Source: an uncultured Gammaproteobacteria bacterium
GTDB lineage: Bacteria; Patescibacteriota; Microgenomatia; Levybacterales; UBA12049
Assembly: GCA_965230895.1 (NCBI GenBank)
Contig: OZ246394.1
Location: forward strand, 185,316 to 249,315
Length of the DNA: 64,000 nt
Direction of reading: 5' to 3'
Shown piece after piece: positions 21,945-32,605 of the stretch. Position numbers and translations under genes: made by a program. The notes under the pieces were generated by a model. The model was not told the DNA's origin and ran no database searches. It was given only the letters and a program-made list of their open reading frames with translations. The number at the start of each line of letters is the position of its first letter. The stretch's first letter is position 1.

Positions 21945-23222
21945 ATGATTGAGCTAGTAGCGGTACAATATGAGCGTATGCATCGGCTGAAACGATTCTT
22001 CAAAAAGCATTGGCGGCTTGTCGCTTTTGATTCTGTTGGTGGAGTTATTATTATTTTCCTCATTGCCTTTGTCATCGCTTATTCTGTCCAATCATCTGCT
22101 TTACGACTTCAATTAAGTGCAGCAAATACACAAAACAATACGTTGACACAAACCCTCGATGACAATAAAAAATCTTTAGCTGAAACAGAAAAGAAATACG
22201 AAGATCTCAAGAATGAAGATCAATACAAAATTAATCAGCAATTAAAAAAAGATATTGAAACAACGCACAATTCCTACAAAACTTCAATCGAAGTCTACGA
22301 AAAGATTCAAGATTTAAAAGTCAAAAAACAAAAGACTGAGGATATGGAAAAAGGATATATTGCAGCTGTGAAACATCTCTCAGACCTTAATTTTGCATCT
22401 GGCGATGCGCAATTGGCACAGGTAAACGGAGAAATTAAAAAGGTAAATGATGCACTTGCAGCCGCGGCTGCAGCAGAGGCTGCAAAAGCTGCAGGGCTTA
22501 AGAATCCTCCAACAACGGTCAACAATACTCCTCCAGGGAGTGGATTTAGTTATCAATTGGTCAAAACGGATATCGGAGATTATGCTGTGAGTATTGTTTC
22601 AGCAGATCTTGGATCAACTCGCGTTATTGTCGATACAGCAACGGATGGAGATTGTCGCGACAATTGTCCAGTGCTTTCGTTGGGAGATTACGTAGCACGA
22701 AATGGTGCGTTTGCTGGAATCAATGGATCATATTTCTGTCCTGCCTCCTATCCAAGTTGCGCAGGTAAAACAAATTCATTCGATACGTTAGTGATGAACA
22801 AAAACAAAAAGTACATCAACTCAGACAACAATGTCTACAGTAATGTCCCTGTCGCAGTCTTCGGTTCCGGATATGCACGATTCCTTGGTGCTTCATCCGG
22901 CTGGGGCCGGGATACCGGTGTAAATGGAGTGATAGCCAATCAACCGCTTCTTCTCTCCGGTGGTAATATTACGTTCGGTGGTGGATCCGATCCAAAGCAA
23001 GGGAGCAAAGGTTCACGAAGTTTTGTCGGAAGCCGCGGAAATACCGTCTATATCGGAGTGGTCCATAATGCGACTGTTGCGGAAGTTGCAGTTGTTCTCA
23101 AAGCAATGGGTCTTGAAAATGCGCTCAATCTTGATAGCGGTGGCTCAACTGCACTGTGGGCTGGCGGCTACAAAGTCGGCCCAGGAAGAAACATCCCAAA
23201 TGCAGTTTTGTTTGTACGGTAA
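21945..23222 (+). CDS. membrane-anchored coiled-coil protein with phosphodiester-glycosidase (NAGPA/DUF2233) domain
   Basis: TM helix, K/E-rich coiled coil, C-terminal ...GAFAGINGSYF...LNLDSGGSTALW. Confidence 0.5.
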   Translation: MIELVAVQYERMHRLKRFFKKHWRLVAFDSVGGVIIIFLIAFVIAYSVQSSALRLQLSAANTQNNTLTQTLDDNKKSLAETEKKYEDLKNEDQYKINQQLKKDIETTHNSYKTSIEVYEKIQDLKVKKQKTEDMEKGYIAAVKHLSDLNFASGDAQLAQVNGEIKKVNDALAAAAAAEAAKAAGLKNPPTTVNNTPPGSGFSYQLVKTDIGDYAVSIVSADLGSTRVIVDTATDGDCRDNCPVLSLGDYVARNGAFAGINGSYFCPASYPSCAGKTNSFDTLVMNKNKKYINSDNNVYSNVPVAVFGSGYARFLGASSGWGRDTGVNGVIANQPLLLSGGNITFGGGSDPKQGSKGSRSFVGSRGNTVYIGVVHNATVAEVAVVLKAMGLENALNLDSGGSTALWAGGYKVGPGRNIPNAVLFVR

Positions 23223-23232
23223 TCTTCTATTT

Positions 23233-23607
23233 TTACATCCAAAGATCACTATTGGGAGGATTTTTCTTATCATACTGCTTTTGTATTTCACTACGAAGAA
23301 TTTTAACTGTATGACTGTCAATAGCACCTTTTTCAATTGCATCAGTTACTTCATGACTTTTTACTACAGCTTCAAAAATGATATATGCATGTCTGTATGC
23401 AGTTGCTCCAAATGATTCTGTTGGTTTAGAAGTTGTTCTTAATCTTTTGTCTGGGAGTCGTTTTGCGATTTCTAATCCCAAAAATCCAACCGTACCTAAA
23501 TGACTATCGGATGAATCTCTTCCAGCAAATGAAAGGACAATATCTCGAGCATTACGCAGTTCTCTTTTTCTAAATTTTTGTGGCCCTGATCTTAGTGACT
23601 CTAACAT
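23233..23607 (-). CDS. possible ribonuclease P protein component-like protein
   Basis: 124 aa, basic; weak resemblance to the RnpA pattern (FRKR..., LG.VGF..., AYIIFEAV) but no clean RNR motif. Confidence 0.3.
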   Translation of the reverse strand: MLESLRSGPQKFRKRELRNARDIVLSFAGRDSSDSHLGTVGFLGLEIAKRLPDKRLRTTSKPTESFGATAYRHAYIIFEAVVKSHEVTDAIEKGAIDSHTVKILRSEIQKQYDKKNPPNSDLWM

Positions 23608-23677
23608 TGAGGAATTATAGCAAAATGTAAATGGACGGTCAAATACTATAAGTTATTTTTACAGAAAATGACAATCT

Positions 23678-24904
23678 TTATTTATCAGAATTTTTATAAA
23701 ATGTTCTATTTTTAAATCTTTCTGGTAAATAGGATTTTCCCTCATCGAGCCCAACTTTTCCTTCGTTCCAATTGTATCCTTTTCCATAATCTAAATTTTT
23801 CATCAGCTTTGTCGGAGCATTTCTCAAGTGTAGTGGGATCGGTTCGTTAGGAAATTCATAAACGGCCTGTTTTGCTCTACCTAAAGCATCCGTAACTGCG
23901 CGTGACTTCTTCGCGCTCGCAAGATAAATGACGACATGAGCTAATGTCAGCTGTGCTTCTGGCATACCGATTTTTGTCACTGCCTCGAACGCCTGGTTCG
24001 CTTGAATCAATGCTCCCCTGTCTGCCATACCAATATCTTCTGATGCGAAGATAATCATTCTTCGAGCAACGAATTTCGGATCTTCGCCGTTTTCCAACAT
24101 TCGTGCTAAATAATATAAAGCTGCATTCACATCAGACCCACGCATTGATTTTATGAAAGCAGAAATAATATTGTAGTGTTCGTCCGCCTTTTTATCATAT
24201 ATGCCTGCCGATTTTGTTTGGAAGACTTCTTTGATAATTTCAGGAGTCAGCTTTTTCTCATCATAGGAAGTTACGGCAAGTTCCAACGCATTGAGCATGA
24301 TGCGTGCATCTCCTCCGGAAAGCCGTATCAAAAGTTCTTTTGCATCTTTGTTTATCGTCTTTTTGAATCCACCGACTCCCCTTTCCTTTTCCTTTAAAGC
24401 GCGATCGATGAGTGCTCCAAGCTGTTCTGGTTCGAGACTCTTCAGAACAAAAACTCGGGATCTGGAGAGCAGTGCGGAGATTACTTCAAAGGATGGATTC
24501 TCTGTGGTAGCTCCAATGAGTGTAATCAAACCAGACTCGACATGTGGAAGTAATGCATCTTGTTGTGCCTTATTCCAACGATGGATTTCATCAATGAAAA
24601 GAATTGTTCCTTTTTTGTCGAGACGATTATAATTTTTTCTTGCCTCATCAACTACTTTCATCAAATCCGCTTTGCCACTCGTAACCCCAGATAATTGAAA
24701 AAAATCAGCTTCCGCTGCTTTTGTGACAAGATGTGCAAGGGTTGTTTTACCTGAACCTGGAGGTCCCCAAAAGATCATTGAAGAAAGATGACCGGTTTGA
24801 ATCATTTTACGGAGAATCTTATCTTCACCGACAAGTTGTTCCTGTCCGACGTATTCTTCAAGGGATTGCGGACGCATACGCGCTGCGAGGTTGGTGGGAT
24901 TCAT
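23678..24904 (-). CDS. rarA: replication-associated recombination protein A (AAA+ ATPase)
   Basis: RPQSLEEYVGQ...GPPGSGKTTLA...ILFIDEIHR, MgsA/RarA layout. Confidence 0.85.
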   Translation of the reverse strand: MNPTNLAARMRPQSLEEYVGQEQLVGEDKILRKMIQTGHLSSMIFWGPPGSGKTTLAHLVTKAAEADFFQLSGVTSGKADLMKVVDEARKNYNRLDKKGTILFIDEIHRWNKAQQDALLPHVESGLITLIGATTENPSFEVISALLSRSRVFVLKSLEPEQLGALIDRALKEKERGVGGFKKTINKDAKELLIRLSGGDARIMLNALELAVTSYDEKKLTPEIIKEVFQTKSAGIYDKKADEHYNIISAFIKSMRGSDVNAALYYLARMLENGEDPKFVARRMIIFASEDIGMADRGALIQANQAFEAVTKIGMPEAQLTLAHVVIYLASAKKSRAVTDALGRAKQAVYEFPNEPIPLHLRNAPTKLMKNLDYGKGYNWNEGKVGLDEGKSYLPERFKNRTFYKNSDK

Positions 24905-24922
24905 GCGCTCATTGTAGCATAC

Positions 24923-25612
24923 CTATCGAGTTTCAGAGATTGTTTCACCTAACTCTGCAAGCGGTGCTGCCACAGTAACTTTTTCATCGGCATCTTTGAA
25001 CACAGTATATCCTGTTTCATAAGGAATATTGCAATCCTTAACTACCGGCACCGAGCTATCCTTCACCACATTTGGATCGATCTTTAGCGTATCAATTGGT
25101 AGCATGGGCGCATAGTTTGTATAGTTTCCGACAAGTGCTATGCAGAGGTCTACTCCATTGGTGGCAATTTCCCTTGGAGTCATCGGTATCTGAGGTGGGG
25201 TCCATTCACGGTCTACACGAAATGCAACGATAGCATTGAGAATTTGTGTAACATCCGCCCGACGTTTCGCATTGTTTGCTCTACTATATTCTTCTGCCTC
25301 CAAGCCTGTCCGTGTCGTGTCTTCATAATATGCAATCACTGGGACAGTATTGCTGAAAACTCTTCCATCAGGAAGTGTTTTTTGCGCTTTTTGTGCTTTA
25401 CGTTCTGCTAATCGTGCTTTATTAGAATCCTGACGATATTGGATCATGCTAAAAATACTTAAGACGACAACAATAAGGCCCAATATTCCAATAGTTATAT
25501 TTCTAAGGATAAGCAATGATTTCTTTAATGGAGTTATTTCAGGTTCTTTTTGTGATTGCTTTTCTGGCTGAAGATTTTCTTGATTGGATTGTTCCGGATT
25601 GGTAGGCTCCAT
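24923..25612 (-). CDS. membrane-anchored hypothetical protein
   Basis: N-terminal charged region, one TM helix, soluble C-terminal domain; no family assigned. Confidence 0.35.
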   Translation of the reverse strand: MEPTNPEQSNQENLQPEKQSQKEPEITPLKKSLLILRNITIGILGLIVVVLSIFSMIQYRQDSNKARLAERKAQKAQKTLPDGRVFSNTVPVIAYYEDTTRTGLEAEEYSRANNAKRRADVTQILNAIVAFRVDREWTPPQIPMTPREIATNGVDLCIALVGNYTNYAPMLPIDTLKIDPNVVKDSSVPVVKDCNIPYETGYTVFKDADEKVTVAAPLAELGETISETR

Positions 25613-25619
25613 ATTTGTA

Positions 25620-26936
25620 TCATCGTAGATTCTTCATGGATTTGTCAATTCGTATTGTAGATTCTGCATATGTTTCAGCAAGCTCTGAAGCGTCAGCGAT
25701 AACTTCTTTGCGCTCTTCAATAATCTTGGCAAGAAAAATAATTGCAAAGAGCGCAATTGCAAAAAAGAATGGTGTGTATTGCATTGCGAAATCCACGGAA
25801 AAGGTTTTAACATATGCGACGAAAAGCAAGATACTTGTCACTCTTCCGATATTTAATACCATCTCAAGATCAAATACATACATATATTTATTATCCTGGT
25901 TTAGATTTTCTCGATCCACCAAATCGAGGATAACCGAATTGGTCTCAGCAAAAAGTAACTGCTGGGCAAGTGTCAGAAACGCAATAAAGATAAATATCCC
26001 TGTCGGATTAAAATAAAAAGCCAATGAAGAGGCTGCAATGAGGAACAGTATGATGCTCGCTGCAATTACTCGAATACGATACTTTGTATTGAGTGATCTT
26101 GCAATTGAATACATGACGACTCCTGAAATAATTGCAGATACTGATTGCACCAACCCAAGCGCATCCTCTTTCCCGACATAACTCAGCACGATAAGTATTG
26201 GAAGGAACATAGACATACCAGTGAGGAGCCCAATCAAGGCTGTTATTCCGCGTGCACAATTCCATTGGTGCGTGCCGTTCTGCAGGACAATATTCGAAAC
26301 AGTAGGCGTCTTAATATGGATCTTTTTAATGAGTGATCCCATATAAAATGAGATCAATAGCATTGCAATTGCGACGATGTAATATCCTTGTTGTGCCGAA
26401 TACAAATTGTTATTTACTCCAAATACCAGAAGCGCTCCTATAGCAATTGGAATGATAAAGTTACTCATCGTTTGTGTGATAAAGTCGATACTTGAGAAGT
26501 ACATTCGATTGGAAGATGTTGTCAATTCAATTGTCAGCAAGTTTTTATTTGAAAAGAATACGCCCGAACTGATGCCATAACCAAGTCCGAAAAGGACAAC
26601 AGCAATTTGATCAACGACTGGGAAAAATATCAAAAGCGCTACGAAAAGGGCTCGTAAAACCGTTCCGAGAAAATACAGGCGTTTTACAGACAAATGTTTC
26701 AAGAATTGCCCGTTCAGATAAAAACCAATTGGCAGTGTGCTGAAATAAGCTAAATTGAATAATGCGACAATCAATACATCTTGCGTTTCTCGCCATAAGA
26801 ACGCATTGATAAATATTGCTGCGATTGGATGAATCACATTATAAAGGAAGACCGACAACGCAAACTTCTGGCCTTGATTACTGAGGCGTTGGAATTGCTT
26901 GTGTTCATTGGAGAATAACTGTAGAAATGGGCTCAC
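25620..26936 (-). CDS. major facilitator superfamily transporter
   Basis: 438 aa, ~12 predicted TM helices. Confidence 0.65.
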   Translation of the reverse strand: MSPFLQLFSNEHKQFQRLSNQGQKFALSVFLYNVIHPIAAIFINAFLWRETQDVLIVALFNLAYFSTLPIGFYLNGQFLKHLSVKRLYFLGTVLRALFVALLIFFPVVDQIAVVLFGLGYGISSGVFFSNKNLLTIELTTSSNRMYFSSIDFITQTMSNFIIPIAIGALLVFGVNNNLYSAQQGYYIVAIAMLLISFYMGSLIKKIHIKTPTVSNIVLQNGTHQWNCARGITALIGLLTGMSMFLPILIVLSYVGKEDALGLVQSVSAIISGVVMYSIARSLNTKYRIRVIAASIILFLIAASSLAFYFNPTGIFIFIAFLTLAQQLLFAETNSVILDLVDRENLNQDNKYMYVFDLEMVLNIGRVTSILLFVAYVKTFSVDFAMQYTPFFFAIALFAIIFLAKIIEERKEVIADASELAETYAESTIRIDKSMKNLR

Positions 26937-26994
26937 TAATCCATGCTAAATGTTTTTTTGAGAATTTTCAATTAAGTTTGCTGAATTCACTGGG

Positions 26995-27690
26995 TTAAAT
27001 GATAAGTTTGAGTAAAGTGTCTTCAATTGCGAAGCGTGGGTTTACATTGGTGGTTTTTAATGTCGTATGCAATCGCTGAAAAGACTGAAGCATAACGATG
27101 TCCCACTCCATGTTTTCATCGTTCTTCCCGATGCTCGTAATCGTTTTCTCTCGTAGAACAATCATAAGCTTCTCAATCCATGCCAAAGCTTTTTCTTTAT
27201 CCTTTGCCAGAAGCTCTGCTTTTTTCAGTCGGTCGCCAATCGGTAGCTCATGCAAATTGGTAATAAAATCCATAAGATCCTCTTTTTGTTTCTCTGTAAA
27301 TTTCATAGCTGTTGATTCCAGCTCGAGTATTTGACAGCGGGAAAGAATTGTTGGTAGCAAAGCCTCTTTTGAATCTGATCCCAGGATCAATATGGTATTT
27401 GCCGGAGGTTCTTCAAGAACCTTTAGTAATGCGTTTTGTGCTTCTGTCGTAAGCAACTGTGCGTCTTCGATAATGACTGCTTTGAATTCACTTTTGATTG
27501 GCTTGAAGAAAATCTTCTTTTGCATATTCTTCACTTCTTCAATTCCAATACTTTGGGAAGTTGTTTTGGCTGAGGTATCTTTTTCAATGAGTGTGATATC
27601 AAATTGATCAATTTGACGCTCTGCACATAATTCTTTTGCCCGGATGATCCTTTTGTCTTTATCTTTTGCAGTGATGAGGAAGCTAACCAT
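26995..27690 (-). CDS. holB: DNA polymerase III delta' subunit-like
   Basis: AAA+ clamp-loader fold lacking a Walker A, with the ...TILSRCQ... SRC motif. Confidence 0.65.
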   Translation of the reverse strand: MVSFLITAKDKDKRIIRAKELCAERQIDQFDITLIEKDTSAKTTSQSIGIEEVKNMQKKIFFKPIKSEFKAVIIEDAQLLTTEAQNALLKVLEEPPANTILILGSDSKEALLPTILSRCQILELESTAMKFTEKQKEDLMDFITNLHELPIGDRLKKAELLAKDKEKALAWIEKLMIVLREKTITSIGKNDENMEWDIVMLQSFQRLHTTLKTTNVNPRFAIEDTLLKLII

Positions 27691-27758
27691 AGTAGTATTG
27701 CTTATTATACCCCATTGTTTTCTTGACTTGCTTGAGCTTATTTCCTACTATTAAACTA

Positions 27759-29495
27759 ATGCCTGATTTGCCCAATAATGCCCCTGTCGCAGATACCGGA
27801 GAGTCCGGAAGTATCCTTGATATCCTCAAAGCTGAAGGATCTATCAGTGATGACCAATATGAATCGATAAAAGTAAAATCCGTTACAGATGGACAGCCTG
27901 CTATCGATATCTTGCGCGAAATGAATCTTGTTTCGGACGCAAAGATTGCAGAGGCGCAAGCACAAGTTCTGGGAATTCCCTATATTTCTCTCTCAACCGT
28001 CTCTTTCTCTCCTCAAGCATTAAGTCTTCTTCCTCGAGCTGTTGTCGAGCGTTTCTCATTGATTCCTTTTATGTATGAAGAAAAGGAAAAGACGCTTTCA
28101 ATTGCGATGGCAAATCCTGTTGATTTGGATGCAATCGGATTTGTCCGTCAAAAGACTGGTTTGACAATTAAATCATTTGCTGCTGATCCGCAAGAGGTAG
28201 CTGATGCAATTGATCAACAGTATTCTCAAGAGCTTGTCGGTGAAGTTGGTGAAGCGATCAAGGAAACAGAAGAATTTAGTCAGCAGCGAACCGTTGATAG
28301 CAAGCAAATCGCACAAATCATTCAGGAAGCGCCAATTGCGAAAATCGTTTCGACGATTCTTGAATATGCTGTGAATAGTCGTTCTTCAGACGTCCATATC
28401 GAACCATTGGAAGACAAAGTTCGTGTCAGATACCGTATTGATGGTATCTTGTATGATAAATTAAGTCTTCCGCGAAATGTGCATGATGCGCTAACTTCAC
28501 GTATTAAAATTCTTTCAGCATTGAAGATCGATGAACATCGTGTTCCTCAAGATGGAAGGTTTAATTTCAAAATTGATAATCAGGAAGTAGATATCCGTGT
28601 CTCTATCTTGCCAACGGTTCGAGGAGAAAAGATCGCAATGCGTTTGCTCCATAAATCCGGCGGCATTCCAACGCTGCAAGATTTAGGTTTAAATGGGATG
28701 GCGCTCAAGGTCCTTGAGACGGCAATTCTCCGCCCGCATGGTATTATCCTTGTTTGTGGACCAACGGGATCTGGTAAAACCACAACGTTGTATGCAGTGC
28801 TGTCACGATTGAATACAACTCGTGTCAATATCGCCTCACTTGAAGATCCAGTTGAATACGAGATTGCGGGTGTAAACCAAGTTCAAATTAATCCTGCTGT
28901 AGGTTTGACTTTTGCATCAGGTCTCCGATCCTTCCTCCGACAAGATCCAAATATCATTCTTGTGGGAGAAATTCGTGACAAAGAGACGACTGATTTGGCA
29001 ATTCAGGCTGCATTGACTGGCCATTTGGTGTTCTCTACTTTGCATACGTCCAAAGCATCTGGGGCGCTTCCACGTTTAGTTGATTTGGGTGCTGAAAGTT
29101 TCCTTTTGTCTTCGACAGTCAATGCAATCGTCGGACAGCGTATCGTCAGAAGAATTTGTCCGCACTGTAAGGAATCATTTGATCCACCAGCACAACTTAT
29201 TGAAGAAATAAAAGCTGAACTTGGAAATCTTTTCCCAACTGGTCCGATTAAGTTGTATAAAGGGAAAGGCTGCGCTGAATGTGGTGATCTTGGTTACATT
29301 GGACGTATCGGAATTTATGAAGTATTGGCGGCATCAGAATCCATTGCACGATTGATGCTCGAGCGCACAGATGAAGCCTCTATCGAGAAGCAAGCCGTTG
29401 CTGAAGGGATGATCACTATGAAACAAGATGGATACTTGAAGGCATTACAAGGTGAGACGACAATTGAAGAAGTCTTGCGCGTCGCTCAAGAATAA
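27759..29495 (+). CDS. pilB: type IV pilus assembly ATPase PilB (GspE family)
   Basis: N-terminal GspII_E_N-like region, Walker A GPTGSGKTTT, Asp box, and a tetracysteine CPHC...CAEC motif; start taken at MPDLPN. Confidence 0.9.
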   Translation: MPDLPNNAPVADTGESGSILDILKAEGSISDDQYESIKVKSVTDGQPAIDILREMNLVSDAKIAEAQAQVLGIPYISLSTVSFSPQALSLLPRAVVERFSLIPFMYEEKEKTLSIAMANPVDLDAIGFVRQKTGLTIKSFAADPQEVADAIDQQYSQELVGEVGEAIKETEEFSQQRTVDSKQIAQIIQEAPIAKIVSTILEYAVNSRSSDVHIEPLEDKVRVRYRIDGILYDKLSLPRNVHDALTSRIKILSALKIDEHRVPQDGRFNFKIDNQEVDIRVSILPTVRGEKIAMRLLHKSGGIPTLQDLGLNGMALKVLETAILRPHGIILVCGPTGSGKTTTLYAVLSRLNTTRVNIASLEDPVEYEIAGVNQVQINPAVGLTFASGLRSFLRQDPNIILVGEIRDKETTDLAIQAALTGHLVFSTLHTSKASGALPRLVDLGAESFLLSSTVNAIVGQRIVRRICPHCKESFDPPAQLIEEIKAELGNLFPTGPIKLYKGKGCAECGDLGYIGRIGIYEVLAASESIARLMLERTDEASIEKQAVAEGMITMKQDGYLKALQGETTIEEVLRVAQE

Positions 29496-29514
29496 ACTAC
29501 TATTTAACTAGACC

Positions 29515-30582
29515 ATGGATATTCAAGAATTACTGACACTCACAATTAAGAATAAAGCTTCCGATTTGCATTTGCTTGTTGGTCTTCCTCCGACATTTCG
29601 TATTGATGGCGCTCTCCGATATCTCACCACCTACCCTGCCCTCAAGCCAGATGATCTTGAGACAATGATATTTGCATTACTCACTCCTGAGCAAAAAGAA
29701 ATCTTGCTCGCAAATAAAGAATTAGATTTCTCATTTGGTTATAAAGGAAAGACTGCGACAGATGTAGGACGTTTCCGTATCAATGCGTATTTCCAAAAAG
29801 GTTCATTGTCAGCGGCTTTTCGTTTCCTTGCTCCTGGAGTTCGAACTCTTGAAGATCTCGGTTTGCCGAAAGTTGTACACGACTTTGCCAAAATGAAACA
29901 AGGCATGGTGCTCGTTACCGGTCCGACAGGTCATGGTAAATCAAGTACACTTGCTGCGATTATTAATGAAATTAATGTTAATAAGTCTTGTCACATTTTG
30001 ACAATTGAAGATCCTATCGAATATGTCTATCCAAAAGGAAATAGTATCATCTCTCAGCGTGAAATGGGAATTGATACCCATTCTTGGGCGCTCGCCCTCC
30101 GATCCTCTCTTCGTGAAGATCCAGATGTTGTGCTTATCGGAGAAATGCGTGATCCTGAAACAATGCAAGCTGCGATTACACTTGCAGAAACAGGCCATTT
30201 AGTTCTTTCAACATTACATACAAATTCTGCCGCGCAAAGTATTGATCGTATCGTTGATGCATTCTCAGCAGATCAACGTTCTCAAATCCGTATCCAATTG
30301 GCAGCGACACTCAAAGGTATTGTCTCGCAACGTTTGATTCCAAAGATCGGTGGTGGTCGTGTCCCTGCTGTCGAAATCCTTTTGGGAACTCCGGCTGTCT
30401 CAGCAAACATCCGTGATGGGAAATCTCATTTGATTGATTCCGTTATCCAAACATCCAAAGATTTAGGCATGATCACCATTGATGAATCACTTGCTGCGCT
30501 TGTAAAAAATGGTATCGTAACAATGGATGATGCGAAGGCATATGCGCTTCGTGACGCTGAATTGGCTCGACTCGCCGGTTAA
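29515..30582 (+). CDS. pilT: twitching-motility retraction ATPase PilT
   Basis: GPTGHGKSST Walker A and PilT-like length (355 aa). Confidence 0.9.
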   Translation: MDIQELLTLTIKNKASDLHLLVGLPPTFRIDGALRYLTTYPALKPDDLETMIFALLTPEQKEILLANKELDFSFGYKGKTATDVGRFRINAYFQKGSLSAAFRFLAPGVRTLEDLGLPKVVHDFAKMKQGMVLVTGPTGHGKSSTLAAIINEINVNKSCHILTIEDPIEYVYPKGNSIISQREMGIDTHSWALALRSSLREDPDVVLIGEMRDPETMQAAITLAETGHLVLSTLHTNSAAQSIDRIVDAFSADQRSQIRIQLAATLKGIVSQRLIPKIGGGRVPAVEILLGTPAVSANIRDGKSHLIDSVIQTSKDLGMITIDESLAALVKNGIVTMDDAKAYALRDAELARLAG

Positions 30583-30593
30583 ATTGAATATGT

Positions 30594-31799
30594 ATGAGAC
30601 TATATTACAGAGCAGTAACGCAAGACGGTAAGACAATTCGCGGGTTGATTGAAGCTCGTGATATTAAAGAAGCCGCAACATATCTTCGCAAACATCAACT
30701 TGTCCCAGTCAAAATTATCCCTGAAACCAAAACAGGTGTCGCAAAGTATTTTCCTTTTCTGAGCCGTACTTCATCAAATGATCTTGTATTTTTTACGCGA
30801 CAACTTTCTTCAATGATCACCTCTGGGCTGACACTGGTCCAAGCACTGAATATTCTTAAAAACCAAATGCAAAGCTCGGCGATGACCGAGATTGTTCAAT
30901 CAATTATCTCTGATGTTGAAGATGGAAAGAACCTTTCGCTTGCTCTGTCAAAGCATCCGCATACGTTCTCACCTATTTATATTGCTTTGATCAAAACAGC
31001 AGAATCTTCGGGTTTGCTCGATAAGGTTCTGCAACGATTGGCTGACAATCTGGAAAAGGATCAACGTCTCAAGCGGACAATCCGTGGAGCGTTAATGTAT
31101 CCGATTATTATCCTCATCATGATGTTTGTAGTAACGCTTGTAATGATGATTTTTGTGGTGCCACAACTTACCACAATGTATACCAACCTCAACCTTGAAC
31201 TGCCGATCACAACGCTTATCGTGATTGGATTGTCTGACTTTACGAGTAACTATTGGTATATTGTCCTGACGATTCTTGTGGTCGGTGGATATGCATTGAA
31301 TAACTGGTACAAGAAGCCAGCTGGTCGAAAAGCAGTTGATGGCTATATGCTAAAACTTCCAGTCTTTGGAAAACTCATGAGTCAAAGTATGATGGCTGAG
31401 TTCACTCGTACCTTGTCGCTTTTAATTACATCAGGTTCCCTTGTCGTCGATTCTCTTCACAAAAGTGGCGATGTTGTCACCAATGTTTTGTATAAAGACG
31501 CGATTGATCTTGTGGCCAAACGTGTTGAAAAAGGTATTGATATCGGAGATGCTATGGAAGCCAGTCCCCTCTTCCCTCCAATGGTTGTTGAAATGGTAAA
31601 AATCGGAGAGCAAACAGGTAAGCTTGATGATTCTTTGTTGAAAGCGTCCGAGTATTTTGAACGTGAAGTTGAAGAGTCTGTGAAAGTTATGACAACACTT
31701 CTTGAGCCTGTGATTATGATTATTCTTGCACTGGGTGTCGGATTCTTGATTATTGCGATAATCACCCCTATCTACAACCTGATTTCTTCAATCAGCTAG
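30594..31799 (+). CDS. pilC: type IV pilus platform protein PilC (GspF family)
   Basis: Two GspF repeats with TM segments. Confidence 0.85.
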   Translation: MRLYYRAVTQDGKTIRGLIEARDIKEAATYLRKHQLVPVKIIPETKTGVAKYFPFLSRTSSNDLVFFTRQLSSMITSGLTLVQALNILKNQMQSSAMTEIVQSIISDVEDGKNLSLALSKHPHTFSPIYIALIKTAESSGLLDKVLQRLADNLEKDQRLKRTIRGALMYPIIILIMMFVVTLVMMIFVVPQLTTMYTNLNLELPITTLIVIGLSDFTSNYWYIVLTILVVGGYALNNWYKKPAGRKAVDGYMLKLPVFGKLMSQSMMAEFTRTLSLLITSGSLVVDSLHKSGDVVTNVLYKDAIDLVAKRVEKGIDIGDAMEASPLFPPMVVEMVKIGEQTGKLDDSLLKASEYFEREVEESVKVMTTLLEPVIMIILALGVGFLIIAIITPIYNLISSIS

Positions 31800-31803
31800 A
31801 AGA

Positions 31804-32193
31804 TTACGATTTCTTTTCAGCTTCTGCGAGGTATTTCTTGACCTGTTCAATAAGGTCTGCAGGAGTAATATCAGCTTTGATTAAGAAGGCAACTGCACCT
31901 TTTTTCAAGGCATCTTGTACTAAGGGTTCATGATCGAGATTTGTCAGCATTAAGATTGGGCCATTTGGAACTGGTGGCGGTGTGGCTTTCAATGCATCCA
32001 TAACACCAAGACCATCAATCTTTGGCATCATAATATCCAGAAGAATCATATCGTAACCACCTTTGAGGAGCTTGTCGAGGGCGTCTTGTCCATTTACTGC
32101 AGTATCAACATCAAAGCCTTCAGTCTTGAGGACTTCTTCGTAGAGCTCTCTGATGTACAAATCGTCATCAATAACGATAACTTTTTTCGCCAT
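31804..32193 (-). CDS. stand-alone response-regulator receiver (CheY/PilH-like)
   Basis: VIVIDDD...ILLDIMMPKIDG...K receiver motifs; start taken at MAKKVIV in ORF 31804..32310. Confidence 0.7.
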   Translation of the reverse strand: MAKKVIVIDDDLYIRELYEEVLKTEGFDVDTAVNGQDALDKLLKGGYDMILLDIMMPKIDGLGVMDALKATPPPVPNGPILMLTNLDHEPLVQDALKKGAVAFLIKADITPADLIEQVKKYLAEAEKKS

Positions 32194-32260
32194 GTCAACC
32201 TGATTATCAAGAAATATCAACGTAAAGTCAATAGGAGAGTTAGAACAGGCATTAATACTT

Positions 32261-32488
32261 TCAAATCTGTAATTCCTTTTGTGCTGCTTTAAATGCTTTG
32301 AGATTCTCAAGGAGGTGTTCAGGTGATTTCGTACCAGTGAGGATAGTACCCTGAAAATCTTTTTCTAGAATTGCTTTATATGCTGCAATTTTATCTTCAA
32401 GGGTATGTTGTTTCGAAGAATTATAGAGCATGCTTCCCATATTGAAAGGTCTATTGATAACGACATTTTTCTTGTTTGCTTTAGCCAA
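32261..32488 (-). pseudogene. possible aldo/keto reductase C-terminal remnant
   Basis: ...ILTGTKSPEHLLENLKAF... resembles the C-terminal end of AKRs; no upstream AKR body is present. Confidence 0.2.
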
Positions 32489-32605
32489 GTCTATAATTCT
32501 TCCAAATGTAACAGTGAGGTATCGTGCTTATTTTACAGAGCTGGAGAATCGAGTGCATTGACGCCTTAGTCAATGGTTGGAGTTATTCGAGACCGCGTTT
32601 AGTAT